Shown here one piece after another: positions 49,517 through 62,957 of a stretch of DNA of 64,000 bases. Origin of the DNA: Octopus vulgaris (Eukaryota). Within the stretch, counting starts at the first letter, position 1. Every line of letters begins with the position of its first letter. A program made the position numbers and the translations under genes. The notes beneath the pieces are model-generated. The model ran no database searches, was not told the origin of the DNA, and was given only the letters and a program-made list of their open reading frames with translations. The DNA is taken from contig OX597824.1 in the NCBI GenBank assembly GCA_951406725.2, positions 9,920,001 to 9,984,000 of the forward strand, read 5' to 3'.

Positions 49517-50115
49517 CTATTTCTTTACTACCCACAGGGGGCTAAACACAGAGAGGACAAACAAGGACAGACAAATGGATAAAGTCGATTATATTGACCC
49601 CAGTGCGTAACTGGTACTTATTTAATCGACCCCGAAAGGATGAAAGGCAAAGTCTACCTCGGCGGAATTTGAACTCAGAACGCAGCGGCCTGACGAAATA
49701 CCTATTTCTTTATTACCCACAAGGGGCTAAACACAGAGGAGACAAACAAGGACAGACAAACGGATAAAGTCGATTATATCGACCCCAGTGCGTAACTGGT
49801 ACTTATTTAATTGACCCTGAAAGGATGAAAGGCAAAGTCGACCTCGGCGGAATTTGAACTCAGAACGCAGCGGCGGACGAAATACCTATTTCTTTATTAC
49901 CCACAAGGGGCTAAACACAGAGAGGACAAACAAGGACAGACAAACGGATAAAGTCGATTATATCGACCCCAGTGCGTAACTGGTACTTATTTAATCGACC
50001 CCGAAAGGATGAAAGGCAAAGTCGACCTCGGCGGAATTTGAACTCAGAAAGTAACGGCAGACGAAATACCGCTAAGCATTTCGCCCGGTGTGCTAATGTT
50101 TCTGCCAGCTCGCCC
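49517..50115 (-). repeat. Tandem triplication (about 184-bp unit) of a SINE body
   Basis: Unit CTATTTCTTTA.TACCCACA...GACGAAATAC starts at 49517, 49702 and 49886; a single tRNA head lies at the right end. Confidence 0.9.
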
Positions 50116-50515
50116 TTGGCCGGATATGGCTGGTTTAAATGCTAATGGGTTAATGACAATGATACAGAGTCATGCTTACCCTTATCTTTTTTTCTACCCT
50201 TTCCTTCATGTTGCTCACACCCCACCTCCACTTTGTGGTTGTCCTACACTTCTTTTATCATTGTTTGTCCAATACTCACTAGAGATAACTTATCATGTTA
50301 CATAGATATAGTTTATCTCAGACTACATATCCTTCCTGGTTTTTAACAAAACAGCAACACATGATTTGAACAAACTTTAGCAGCTATTTCTGAGAGTTGA
50401 GCAATCACATGGAGATTCTACCATTGGCTCAAGAAACTTCAGTTTTAGAAGTAAGAAAGTTGATACAAAAATTAAAATCTATTACAAGTCTACTAATGAT
50501 ACTATTTCAGTATCA

Positions 50516-50880
50516 TCTCTATATATATAAACAGCAAAATGTCTGCATGTGTGTCCTTTATACAAATCCACAATTTTTCAGTTAGAGGGCTCGCACTTTC
50601 TATGGTCATTCAAAACCGTCCAAGGGTGGTCGTGCACATCTTTACATTTCCCCAGTCACCCCGCAAAGCCATTAAAATAATCAATAGAAGTGACTTTTTT
50701 GTGAATTTTCTATCCAAAACCCAATCAAAATGCCCGAAACTTCATACGCCAATTGAATGCCAGCTAGCTGTATGTGATTGGTCGGAGATTTGGACAGTAC
50801 TCGTGTGTACGTGCGCATGCACGCAGCTGTATATGTATGCACTAGCACTATGACCTGGCGACGCTGGGTCATAGTGCTAG
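50516..50880 (+). mobile_element. Non-autonomous Helitron
   Basis: 5' TCTCTATATATATAAA; 3' hairpin ending in CTAG, followed by T. Confidence 0.72.
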
Positions 50881-51381
50881 TTCTAACTATATAATGGAAA
50901 ATAGTTTTCTATGTTTGGTATTATTATTGACACATTAGTAAGTTAAGAAAGTAGTCAATAGTCAGTCGTTGTCATAGTAAGAATTATTCCTTTCATCTGT
51001 GTTAACTCTAACTGAAAACTAATTTGGAGATTAGTGTATTGATAACTTTATATAATTAATCTGAGGAAGTGGCACAATACCTTTAAAACCCCTCACACAC
51101 TGATGAGTTTATTAATGGCAAATCAACGGAATCTGATAATCTCCTCACAGAGTAATGTCTGTAGTGATGCCGAGCCTGTTGGAGTCTTATCCAAATTTAA
51201 AGTGACACAAGAAAAACACTTAATAACCACTGTAACATAAGTTTAATTGGGCAGCCAGAGCTATTTTAGTAATAGAAAACTCATTAATTAAAGTGAAGAT
51301 AAATATATTTCTCTCAATTCACAAAAACAAGAGGCCAATATACTGGTTTCTTCCATTCTTGACCTGGAACACGCTCCCTGC

Positions 51382-51464
<83 letters not shown>

Positions 51465-52967
51465 TACGATACACATAAGGGGTGAAATATAATTAATTTA
51501 ATAAAATTCACCTAGTAGTTTTTTCGGTATGGAAATGACCATATTCGGTAAGGATTATATATAATTATAATAAAGGGTTAATTGCAACAAGTTGCTTAAA
51601 CCACATACCGAAAATATTAGAAATAGCAGCCAAATAGGTTACCATTACTACTACTAGAAAAATAATATAAATATATAAAATATATATATATCATCATCAT
51701 CATCATCGTTTAACGTCCGTTCTCCATGCTAGCATGGGTTGGACGGTTCGACCGGGGATCTGGGAAGCCAGAAGGCTGCACCAGGCTCCAGTCTTATCTG
51801 GCAATGTTTCTACAGCTGGATGCCCTTCCTAACGCCAACCACTCCGTGAGTGTAGTGGGTGCTTTTTACGTGCCACCTGCACAGGTGCCAGGCGAGGCTG
51901 GCAACGGCCACGGTCGGATTGGTGTATTTTATGTGCCACCGGCACGGAAGCCAGTCGAGGCGGTACTGGCATCGGCCACGAGTCGGATAGTGCTTTTTAC
52001 GTACCACCAGACCAGGGATCCTGGCTGGTTCAATTCGATTTCGATTTCATATATATATATATATATATGTATATACACACACACACACATATATATATAT
52101 ACAGATAGATAGATAGATAGACAGACAGATAGTAATAATAACAATAATCCTTAGATGGAATTTATAAACATTTAATACATCACTATCTGTTTCCACAAAT
52201 CACATGTCTCTCAAGATTGTTTACTAGAGGCGCAGGAGTGGCTGTGTGGTAAGTAGCTTGCTTACCAACCACATGGTTCCAGGTTCAGTCCCACTGCATG
52301 GCACCTTGAGCAAGTGTCTTCTACTATAGCCTTGATTTGGTAGACGGAAACTGAAAGAAGCCCGTCGTATATATGTATCTATATGTGTGTGTGTGTTTGT
52401 CCAACATTGCTGGTGTGTTTACATCCCCGTAACTTTGCGGTTCGGCAAAAGAGACCAATAGAATAAGTACTAGGTTTACAAAGAATAAATCCTGGGGTCG
52501 ATTTGCTCGACTATAGGCGGTGCTCCAGCATGGCCGCAGTCAAATGACTGAAACAAGTAAAAGAGTTAAAAGAGAGGGATGCTTACTCCTTTTAACTATT
52601 GTGAAGGTTAGTTGAGTTATCTGGGTATGTCTGTGTGTATTTGGTGGGGAGGAGGGAAAGGTGGTGGAAAGAGAGGAAGGAGGTGTGTGTGGTGATGTTT
52701 GGACTTAATTTGTTATTCAGCCTGCAGATGTCAGGGACAGGTTGTACATTCCTTTGTTTGATAACAGCTGTAGGAGTTTAGTGTCTGAATTGCTAAATGA
52801 TACTTTCTTAGGATGACCTTTTAATTGTTTCTAGTGGTATAGTGTATAGCATCATAAATTTCGGTTTGTTTATTTTTCAGTCCTTCTTTGTTCTATAATA
52901 TATTAAAGGAGGTTGATGCTATTCTGTTTCAAAATGATTTGATGTTTTGCTTTCGATGTTTTGCTTC

Positions 52968-53320
52968 GTGCAGGTGGCACGTAAAAAGCACCATCCGAAT
53001 CGTGGCCGAAACCAGTGCCGCCTCGATTGGCTTCCGTGCAGGTGGCACGTAAAAAGCACCATCCGAATCGTGGCCGAAACCAGTGCCGCCTCGACTGGCT
53101 TCCGTGTCGGTGGCACATAAAAAGCACCATCTGAATCGTGGCCGAAACCAGTGCCGCCTCGATTGGCTTCCGTGCAGGTGGCACGTAAAAAGCACCATCC
53201 GAATCGTGGCCGAAGCCAGTGCCGCCTCGACTGGCTTCCGTGCAGGTGGCACATAAAATGCACCAATTCGACCGTGGCCGATGCCAGCCTCGCCTGGCTC
53301 CAGTGCAGGTGGCACGTAAA
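52968..53320 (+). repeat. 68-bp tandem repeat (4-5 units) inside an RTE-tailed SINE-like element
   Basis: (C/T)(A/C)GGTGGCAC recurs at 52971, 53039, 53107, 53175 and 53243. Confidence 0.88.
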
Positions 53321-54733
53321 AGCACCCACTACACTCACGGAGTGGTTGGCGTTAGGAAGGGCATCCAGCTGTAGAAACATTGCCAGATAAGACCAGAGCC
53401 TGGTGCAGCCTTCTGGCTTCCCAGATCCCCGGTCGAACCGTCCAACCCATGCTAGCATGGAGAATGGACGTTAAACAATGATGAAGATATGATCACCTCA
53501 ACGTCTATTTATCATGTTTCCCTTGGATGTGATGATTTCCAGGAAAAAACATGACAAATAGATACAAACCAACTAATATTTAGGATGCTGGGCAAAATGC
53601 CTAGTGGTATTTCTATTTCGTCTGCTGTTATGTCGTCCTGAGTTCAAATTCCACTGACTTTGCTTTTCATCCTTTAGGGGTCCATTAAATAAGTACCAAT
53701 TAATCACTGGGGTCATGTAATCGACTTAATCCCCTTGTCTGTCCTTGTTTGCCCCCTTCAGGCAATAAAGAAATAAATATTTAGGATGCTATACATCCTG
53801 AACCATCAGAAACAATTAAAGGGTCACTCTGAGAAAGAATCATTTACCAATTCAGACAATGAGCTCCTACAGCTGATGGCTGTAGTGGATGTACCACCGG
53901 CTGACCTGTTTACTTCAGAATTCATTGAAGATAGTCATGCCTTAGATGAGACCAAACAAAGGAACGTATGACCCATCCCTGACATCTGCAGACTGAATAG
54001 CAAAATAAATCCAACATCCCCATGCACACCTCCTTCCCCATATAACTACCTATTTCTTTATTACCCACAAGGGGCTAAACACAGAGGGGACAAACAAGGA
54101 CAGACATAGGTATTAAGTCGATTACATCAACCCCAGTGCATAACTGGTACTTAATTTATCGCTCCCCCCCCCCCCGACCCCGAAAGGATGAAAGGCAAAT
54201 TCGACCTCCGCGGAATGTGAACTCACAACGTAATGTAACGCCCAGTGTGCTAACATTTCTGCCAGCTCGATGCCTTTCCCATATAACTACCATTCCTTCC
54301 TCTCCTCCCTACCAAATACACACAGAAATACCCAGATAACTCAACCAACATTCACACTGGTCAAAAGGAGTAAACATCCTTCTAGTAAACAAACATCCAT
54401 TAATGTTATATCACCTGAAGAAATGAATCCATGAAGATGATCTACCTAATGCCTGTGGACAATATGGACTACACTATAATCATCTCAGGAACATGGACTG
54501 TGATCTTGAGAGACATGTGATTTCTGGAAATGTGCATAGCTATGCATTAAAAGTTTATAAATTTCATCCAAAAATTATTGTTATCGTTATTATATTTAAC
54601 CTGCATTATATAGGTACAGCTCTATGCAACCCCAAAGACTGGGTCACCAGTCAGCATTATTAGACTGTGGCCAGCACAATGGAATAAGAGCTTTATTTGC
54701 ATATTTGAAACGTGTCCTGTAAGCAAATTTAAA

Positions 54734-54735
<2 letters not shown>

Positions 54736-54780
<45 letters not shown>

Positions 54781-54867
54781 CATATACATATATATATATA
54801 CATACATATACATATATATATATATACATATATATATATACACATATATATATATACACACATATAC

Positions 54868-54898
<31 letters not shown>

Positions 54899-54919
54899 CA
54901 CATATATATATATACACAC

Positions 54920-54962
<43 letters not shown>

Positions 54963-55043
54963 TATATATATATACACACACACATATATATATATATACA
55001 CACACACATATATATATATACACACACACACATATATATATAT

Positions 55044-55082
<39 letters not shown>
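54736..55082. repeat. Compound (TA)n/(CA)n microsatellite
   Basis: Directly visible. Confidence 0.95.
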
Positions 55083-55091
<9 letters not shown>

Positions 55092-55239
55092 TTCATTTGT
55101 TTTCCAGTTTCAGCTCTTGAGCTGTGGCCATGCTGGGGCACCGCCATATATATATATATTTTTTTTTTTTTTGCTTGTTTCAGCTTAGAGCTGCGGCTAT
55201 GCTGATGCACCGCCGTTACAATCTTTGGGCTCATCCGGG

Positions 55240-55272
<33 letters not shown>

Positions 55273-55277
<5 letters not shown>

Positions 55278-55545
55278 TATTATAAAAGGCAGATTTTATC
55301 TGCCTCCCTTTGGGAGTTATACAAATCTACAATATAGGATTTCTTCAATTACAATTTACCTAGCATTTTTAAGAGTACAATGCATCGCGTCATGCCAGGT
55401 CCAGTTTTTAAAATTTAAACTCCAATTAAGCAAAATTTACAGAAAACTCACATTCTGGTGTGTGTGTCAAATGCTTTTATTAGTCTGGTTTACAGCACAC
55501 GCAAACGCACACACACAGTGTGCAATGAATAAACTGAAACTAATT
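55273..55545 (+). mobile_element. Helitron-like 5' segment; near-identical copy at 57387-57655
   Basis: TCTCTTATTATAAAAGGCAGATTTTATCTGCCTCCC... repeated at both positions; TC start in a TA-rich context. Confidence 0.6.
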
Positions 55546-56046
55546 CACTGTGTGTTGATAGGTAGAAAATAGAATGCGATAGCGATGGCTATGGCGATGG
55601 CTATGACTATGGCGATGGCGATGGCTATGGCGATGGCGATGTAATATTTGTTTCTCTCTATGACGCTCATAAAAGCATTGATGTACATGTGTGCGTGCGT
55701 GAGTGTGTGTGTGTCATTCCTCACACACACGCATACACATACATATATGAGAGTGGCAAACACAAACGTTTCAAACAACTACATACAAACACGTGTGTGT
55801 TTGTTATTAGTAAAAAAAGGCGCCAAAACACAACTCACTTATCATTCCAACACATTTGCAAAGACACACGGACGGTCGAATAACAATACAGAAAAGGTAA
55901 ATTGGTTTTTATTTTACTCTGTATATATTTTATTATATAATATTATATATAGATATATGTATATATAATTGCAGTATGAAACAGTGTTTATGTATAAACA
56001 GACGACACTTATATATAGTTATTAATAAATGTATGCATCCGTTTAA

Positions 56047-56866
56047 CCCTTTCGTTACCAAACCGCCCGAAAAATTTTGGTTAATGTGACCAAGCCGCCC
56101 GAATTTACCTATTCATATTTAAATGAGAATATCAGAGTAAATCTCTTTAGAACATTCGTGAAAACACGTATTATACTTCGTAAACAGTTCAACTACAGTT
56201 TTGTACAAAAATCGAAGTGTAATTTTAATTCCGTGAATTATGGGAGATTTTTTTCCGAAATTTGTTCCTATTGTGTTTTCAAAATTTGTAATTCTGACAA
56301 AAAATGGATACGAATTTCATTATATCAAGCAGCGAGTCAGAATTCGAAGGATTTTCTACTGAAGACCTTCATAAATCTAACTCTATGACTGAAAAAAAAA
56401 GCATGTGGTATTTGATCTCAACCTAAACAAAGCGAAAGAAACGATAGTTTGTTATTTCCCACAACCTTAAATGAAATTAAGGCCTATTTTGCCATAAATA
56501 TTATTATGGGTATTAGAAAGTTACCCAGAATAACAAATTCTATCGTAAAATTTTGTTGTATACCCAATTGAATATTAGCTAATAACCCATTTTCTATAGC
56601 GATGTTTGAACAAAATTTTAATAATTTTATATATTGTTGAATTTACCTGTATCTACCTGCAATTAGAGTCACTTTGTGACAAAAATTATAGTATAGAATT
56701 GGTTGAGAACATTTCACTAAATTATCTTCCAAAAATCAGATTAATATATTCATAAATAAAAAAGTTATAGTTGTTTAATGAAACCAGACTAAATTTATGA
56801 TTACGTTAGAAATTAATTGAAACACATAAGGGGTGTATTTTGGTCAGAAATATAGTAACGAAAGGG
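56047..56866 (+). mobile_element. Non-autonomous piggyBac, shorter sister of 24438-25525 in opposite orientation
   Basis: TTAA TSDs, identical TIRs, colinear sequence with an extra deletion of about 250 bp. Confidence 0.9.
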
Positions 56867-56978
56867 TTAAGAAAAACCAAAAAATATTTTATTCTTTGTA
56901 AATGTTGTGTTCAAAATAACATTTTCTTTTAAGAATGTGTATATAACAAAGTATGTGTATATAACTACGTGGCTTATA

Positions 56979-57374
56979 TCTTTATATATAAGAGTGAAGT
57001 TGTGTGTCTGTCTCCTACGATTTAGATTCGTAACTACTCCCACATTTTGCGGTGCAGTTTAACCAAAAGCGGGTATCTTATAGTCGTGATTCATATCGAG
57101 CCCTTCTGGGTATTAGCGCGCGTCTACGATGAGTCTACGATTTAAAAAAATTTACCATCATATTTTTCCATTTTAATGCATATTTTTCGTTATTATATAA
57201 GGGAAGTAACTCTCTAAAAATATCTACGATGTGTCAACGATTTAAAAAAAAAATTACCTTAATTTTTTTTCAATTTTTAATGCATTTTTTTCTATTTTTT
57301 GGCTATAACTCTCTAAAAATGCTTATATAGTTATTTCCCTTACAAACCCGAGCAACGCCGGGCGATACTGCTAG
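56979..57374 (+). mobile_element. Non-autonomous Helitron
   Basis: A-TC...CCCGAGCAACGCCGGG-CGATACTG-CTAG-T termini. Confidence 0.82.
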
Positions 57375-57837
57375 TATATATATATATCTCTTATTATAAA
57401 AGGCAGATTTTATCTGCCTCCCTTTGGGAGTTATACAAATCTACAATATAGGATTTCTTCAATTACAATTTACCTAGCAGTTTTGAGAGTACAATGCATC
57501 GCGTCATGCCAGGTCCAGTTTTTAAAATTTAAACTCCAATTAAGCAAAATTTACAGAAAACTCACATTCTGGTGTGTGTGTCAAATGCTTTTCTTAGTCT
57601 GGTTTACACCACACGCAAACGCACACACACAGTGGGCAACGAATAAAATGAAAGTAAATAGCGACAGAGAGATTTGAGGAAGACTAAAGTGAAAGTATTC
57701 TGTCCATGACGCTGATAGATACATGAGTAAAATGTATGGGAAGCTAAGAGCTAAGAGTGAGTGAAAATGTTCTTGGAAGAGAGTAATTAGTAATAAAGTA
57801 AACATACACTCATACATACATACATACATACATACAT

Positions 57838-57868
<31 letters not shown>

Positions 57869-58129
57869 TACATACACACATACATACATACATACATATA
57901 CATACATATACATACATACATACACACACACACATACACACACACACAGTATTGAAGCTTGAGAACAATCAGATACATTTGCAACACATCTGTTGAAAAT
58001 ATTATTGTTCACACACATACATATACATATATACATACAGACAGACAGACAGATAGACACACACACACACACACACACATCCAGCATGGCCACAACCTCA
58101 AGGCTGAAACATATAAAAGAATAACAGAA

Positions 58130-58495
58130 TATAAATGTGTGCAAAGTACAAGAAATATTAATGCAGTATATGGGGATTGGACAATAAGCGTAAGGCAGTG
58201 TCAATGGTGGTTCCAGAAATCCCGAGCCATAAACTACAGCCTAGAAGACGAGCCTCATCCTGAAAGATCTGTAGAACTCGACAAGGACATCCTGAAAACC
58301 CTGGTGGAACAAAATATCATCGTAACTGTTGAGGAACTAGCAGAGAAGCTTGGATTTGGTCATTCAACCATTCATTGACACCTGTGTGCTATCGGAAAAG
58401 TCAGCAAATTGGGTCAATGGGTTCCTCACGAACTTTCCGAGTCTAATTGCATGCAGAGAGTGAATGTATGCTTTTCTTTGCTGTCATATCTCACC
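58130..58495 (+). mobile_element. Mariner (Mos1/SETMAR-like) transposase N-terminal fragment
   Basis: RNINAVYG...QWWFQK...SLEDEPHPER...ELAEKLGFGHSTIH*HL...GQWVPHEL, containing the WVPHEL motif. Confidence 0.9.
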
Positions 58496-58513
58496 ACTAC
58501 TGCGCTATGTATA

Positions 58514-59150
58514 TCTATATATATAAAACTGTAGTTGTGTGAGTGTCTGTCCCCTTCGATTTAGATTCCTAACTACTCCCACATTTTGCGGTACAGTTTA
58601 ACCAAATTCGGGTAGCTTAAAGTCGTGATTCATATCGAGCCCGTCTGAATATTAGCGCGCGTCTACGATGAGTCTACGATTTTAAAAATAATTTAACATC
58701 ATTTTTTATTCCATTTTAATGCATAATTTTTCGTGTGTCGATGGCGGCGGAGTTGGCGTCCACGCTCACACCTGCACCTGTGGGGAAGGGAGTGTAAGGA
58801 AATCAACGTCGTAATGCGTTGTCAAGGAGACCAGTGTTCTTTTAGAACAACGACTTCATGGCTTGAAGACACCAAAACAGAAATGGCTAAGAAAGCGTCT
58901 ACATGAGTCTACGATTTAAAAAAAAATTTACCATCGTTTTTTTTTCCATTTTAATGCATTTTTTCGCTATTATATAAGGGAAGTAACTCTCTAAAAATGT
59001 CTACGATGAGTCAACGATTTAAAAAAAATTTACCATCATATTTTTTCCATTTTTAATGCATTTTTTGCTATTTTTTGGCTATAACTCTCTAAAAATGCTT
59101 ATATAGTTATTTCCCTTACAAACCCGAGCAACGCCGGGCGATACTGCTAG
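58514..59150 (+). mobile_element. Non-autonomous Helitron (longer sister of 56979-57374)
   Basis: TCTATATATATAAAA start; same 3' hairpin plus CTAG-T; internal GTCTACGATGAGTC repeats. Confidence 0.82.
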
Positions 59151-59684
59151 TATATTTATAAACGCTAATCTCTACACATATTTTTCTGTGTTTTTTTTTA
59201 AACTCTTAATCCTTTCTGTTCGAAAAGTAAAAGACTTTTCCATTCATCCTGAGCATTAAACTAATACATCTGCTTATTGTTCCTACATCTGTCTTTGTCT
59301 TTTGTTTTATCGAAATTGCGCCTGACCCTCTGGCCGATAAATGAAGAGGAGTTGGTGACCTTCTGTCTTTTCTGTTCATCTGTGTATTAAGTATATGTTC
59401 GTATGTTTATTTACCACACATTTTCTTGAAATACATACATACATACATACATATATACAAGTATGTCATATTTTCCATTTGTTGTCTTTTTAATCCTGAA
59501 AATATCATTTGAGCGCAGGAGTGGCTATGTGGTAAGTAGCTTGTTTACTAACCACATGGTTCCGCGTTCAATCCCACTGCATGGCACTTTGGGCAAGTAT
59601 CTTCTACTATACCGTCGGGCTGACCAAAGCCTTGTGAGTGGATGTGGTAGACTGAAACTGAAAGAAGCCCGTCGCATATATGTA

Positions 59685-59733
<49 letters not shown>

Positions 59734-59958
59734 GGGGGGGGTTGTGTGTCTGAGTTTGTTTCCCCAACATCGCTTGACAACCGATGCTGGTGTGTTTATG
59801 TCCCCATAACTTAGCAGTTCAGCAAAAGAGACTGGTAGAATTAGTACTGGGCTTACAAAGAATAAATCCTGGGGTCGATTTGCTCGACTAAAGGCGCTGC
59901 TCCAGCATGGCCACAGTCAAATGACTGAAACAAGTAAAAGGGTATGTAATACACACTC

Positions 59959-60005
<47 letters not shown>

Positions 60006-60712
60006 ATATATATATACACACACACAGGAGCACTGCCTTGAAGGGTTTTACCAAACAAATCAGCCCCAGTACTTATTTTAAAGTCTGGTACTAATTCTAT
60101 CATACTCTTTTTGCCAAAGCTCGAAGTTAGTGGGACATAAACAAACCAACACAGGTTGTCAAGTAGTGAGGAGACAAACACAAAACACCCTCATCAACAA
60201 AAGGAGTCAGACAGAGAAATCTAATAACCGATTGATTGTTCAATTAACACATTAAACAAACAATTGAATAGTTATTCGATAAAATAAAGAAATAGTATTG
60301 AACCAGCACACATGTTTATTCTAATTTTTAATGACCCTCCCTAGACACAACAATATATAAATATATATATATATATATGGATGAATGAATTATCCTTTGT
60401 TTACAGTTAACATGGAAAATTCAATAAACAGTTACCACGGTAGCAAAAATTCACGCAGGTAACAAGGATGTAGCGACCTATTCAAAGGTAGAATCTCCGG
60501 GTTAATGTGCAGTAATTTGTATAGTATAAGTAAATAAATGGAGTTGAACACAGGTGTTATTCAAATTCTTTTACTTTCGACATATGTTTCGAAAGTAACA
60601 TTGGTTTTATTCCAAGGAATAAACGGTGTAAAATAATGTAATCTTCTCATCAGGAAAGAAAGAGAACCTATCACAGCAAAAACATTAGAACAATTATATA
60701 TTATCATCATCA

Positions 60713-60749
<37 letters not shown>

Positions 60750-60849
60750 CTCCAGAAGATATATGCATGTGCACATATAATATGTATATTTGCGTGTAGA
60801 TCGGTAGCCACTAGATATATTTTTTCTTGCTTTGTTTCTTTCTCTGTTC

Positions 60850-60885
60850 CTTTCTGTGGAAGAGCATAGGCTCGAAAAGTTAAAG
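60850..60885 (+). ncRNA. Degenerate hammerhead-like motif of a further repeat family (also 26697-26732)
   Basis: CTTT-CTGTGGA-A-GAGC-ATAG-GCTC-GAAA-AG-TT-AAAG; the core deviates from CUGANGA. Confidence 0.4.
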
Positions 60886-62911
60886 ACTTTTTCACTTCCC
60901 AAGTGTTATACTAATACATCTGTTTGTTTTCTACACCACCTGTCTTTGTCTTTTGTTTTTTTCATGAATTCTCCCTATATATATATATATATATATATTA
61001 AAATTAATCAAAGGACACACTAAGTATGTCCTTTGATTGATTTTAATCCTTCAACTATTTAATGCATTGGGGGCGGGCTGCAATCACCTATATTATTGAT
61101 TCTGTTATTATCATCTTTAAATTGTTACACTAGATAATAACAGAGTCAATGATATCTTCACAAATTATTTTTTTCTCGTGAGTTATTTGCTCCATAAATA
61201 TATATACTCTTTTACTTGTTTCAGTCACGTGGCTGTGGCCATGCTGGAGCACCGCCTTTAGTCGAGCCAATCGACCCCAGGACTTATTCTTTGTAAGCCT
61301 AGTACTTATTCTATCGGTCTCTTTTGCTGAACCGCTAAGTTATGGGGACGTAAACACACTAGCATCAGGTGTCAAGCGATGTTGGGGGGACAAACACAGA
61401 CACACAAACATATACACACACATACATATATATACAACGGGCTTCTTTCAGTTTCCGTCTACCAAATCGACTCACAAGGCTTTGGTCAGCCCGAGGCTAT
61501 AGTAGAAGACACTTGCCCAAGGTGCCACACAGTGGGACTGAACCCGGAACCATGTGGTTCGTAAGCCAGCTACTTACCACACAGCCACTCCTACACTATA
61601 TATATCTTTTATCTTTTACTTGCTTCAGCCATTAGATTGTCACCAAGCTGGAGCGCACCACCTTGAAGAATTTTTAGTCAAAGAGATTGACTCCAGGACT
61701 CTTGTTTTTTAAAGCCTGGTACTTATTCTATGGAACTCTTTTGCTGAACTGCAAATTTACAGGAACAAATTTGAGGAACTTATGCCTCAATCACCAACCT
61801 TATCATTTCTAAAACTGAGATTAGTCTCTGTTACTGCTATGAGTGTTTCAAGTGTCCAAGGTGGCAGAGCCGTTAGCACGCTGGGCGAAATGCGTAGCCG
61901 TATTTCGTCTGCCGTTACGTTCTGAGTTCAAATTCCACTGAGGTCGATCTTGCCTTTCATCCTTTCGGGGTCGATAAATTAAGTACCGGTTTCGCACTGG
62001 GGTCGATAAATTAAGTACCGGTTTCGCACTGGGGTCGATGTAATCAACTTAATTCGTTTGTCTGTCCTTGTTTGTCCCCTCTATGTTTAGCCCCTTGTGG
62101 GTAATAAAGAAACAATTATTTGTATATAACATACAACCGTGTGTGTGTGTAATCATCTCCATTATCATTTTAACACTTTTTCATACTTGCATGAGTCAGA
62201 AAGAATTTCTTGTGACAGATTTTCTGGGGCCAGACACCCTACCTCACTTGCTTTTAAACAAGGTAGTATTTTTCCCCCACACGCGTTTTCATGTCTGCTT
62301 TCATGATGGTTGCACTCATTTACAACTATCACACACAGTGACAATGTCAAATGAGACAGTAACACACACACACACATATATTATATAATATATATATATT
62401 CTTTTACTTATTTCAGTCATTTTGACTGTGGCCATGCTGGAGCACCGTATTTAGTCGAACAAATCGACCCCAAGAATTATTCTTTGTAAGCCTAGTACTT
62501 ATTCTATCGGTCTCTGTTACTAAACCGCTAAGTTACAGAGACGTAAACACACCACCATCGGTTGACACACAAACACATATATATATGTATATATATATAT
62601 GTGTGTGTGTGTATATGTATATATATATATATATATATCATCATCATCAAACGATGATGATGATGATATATATATATATATATATACATATACACACACA
62701 CACACACATATATATACATATATACGACGGGATTCTTTCAGTTTCCGATTACAAAATCCACTCACAAGGCTTTGGTCACTCTTGCACAAAGTGCCACGCT
62801 GTGGGACCGAACCCAGAACCATGTGGTTAGGAAGCAAGCTTCTTACCACACAACCACTCCTGTATATAGAAGTGGTACATATATAGGAGTGTATATATGT
62901 ATGTGTGTGTG

Positions 62912-62957
<46 letters not shown>

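Noticed and set aside
52968-53320. Regularly spaced GTGGCACGTAAAAAGCACC motif resembling a repeat-spacer array
   Set aside because: The intervening sequences are near-identical; it is a 68-bp tandem repeat inside a SINE-like element.
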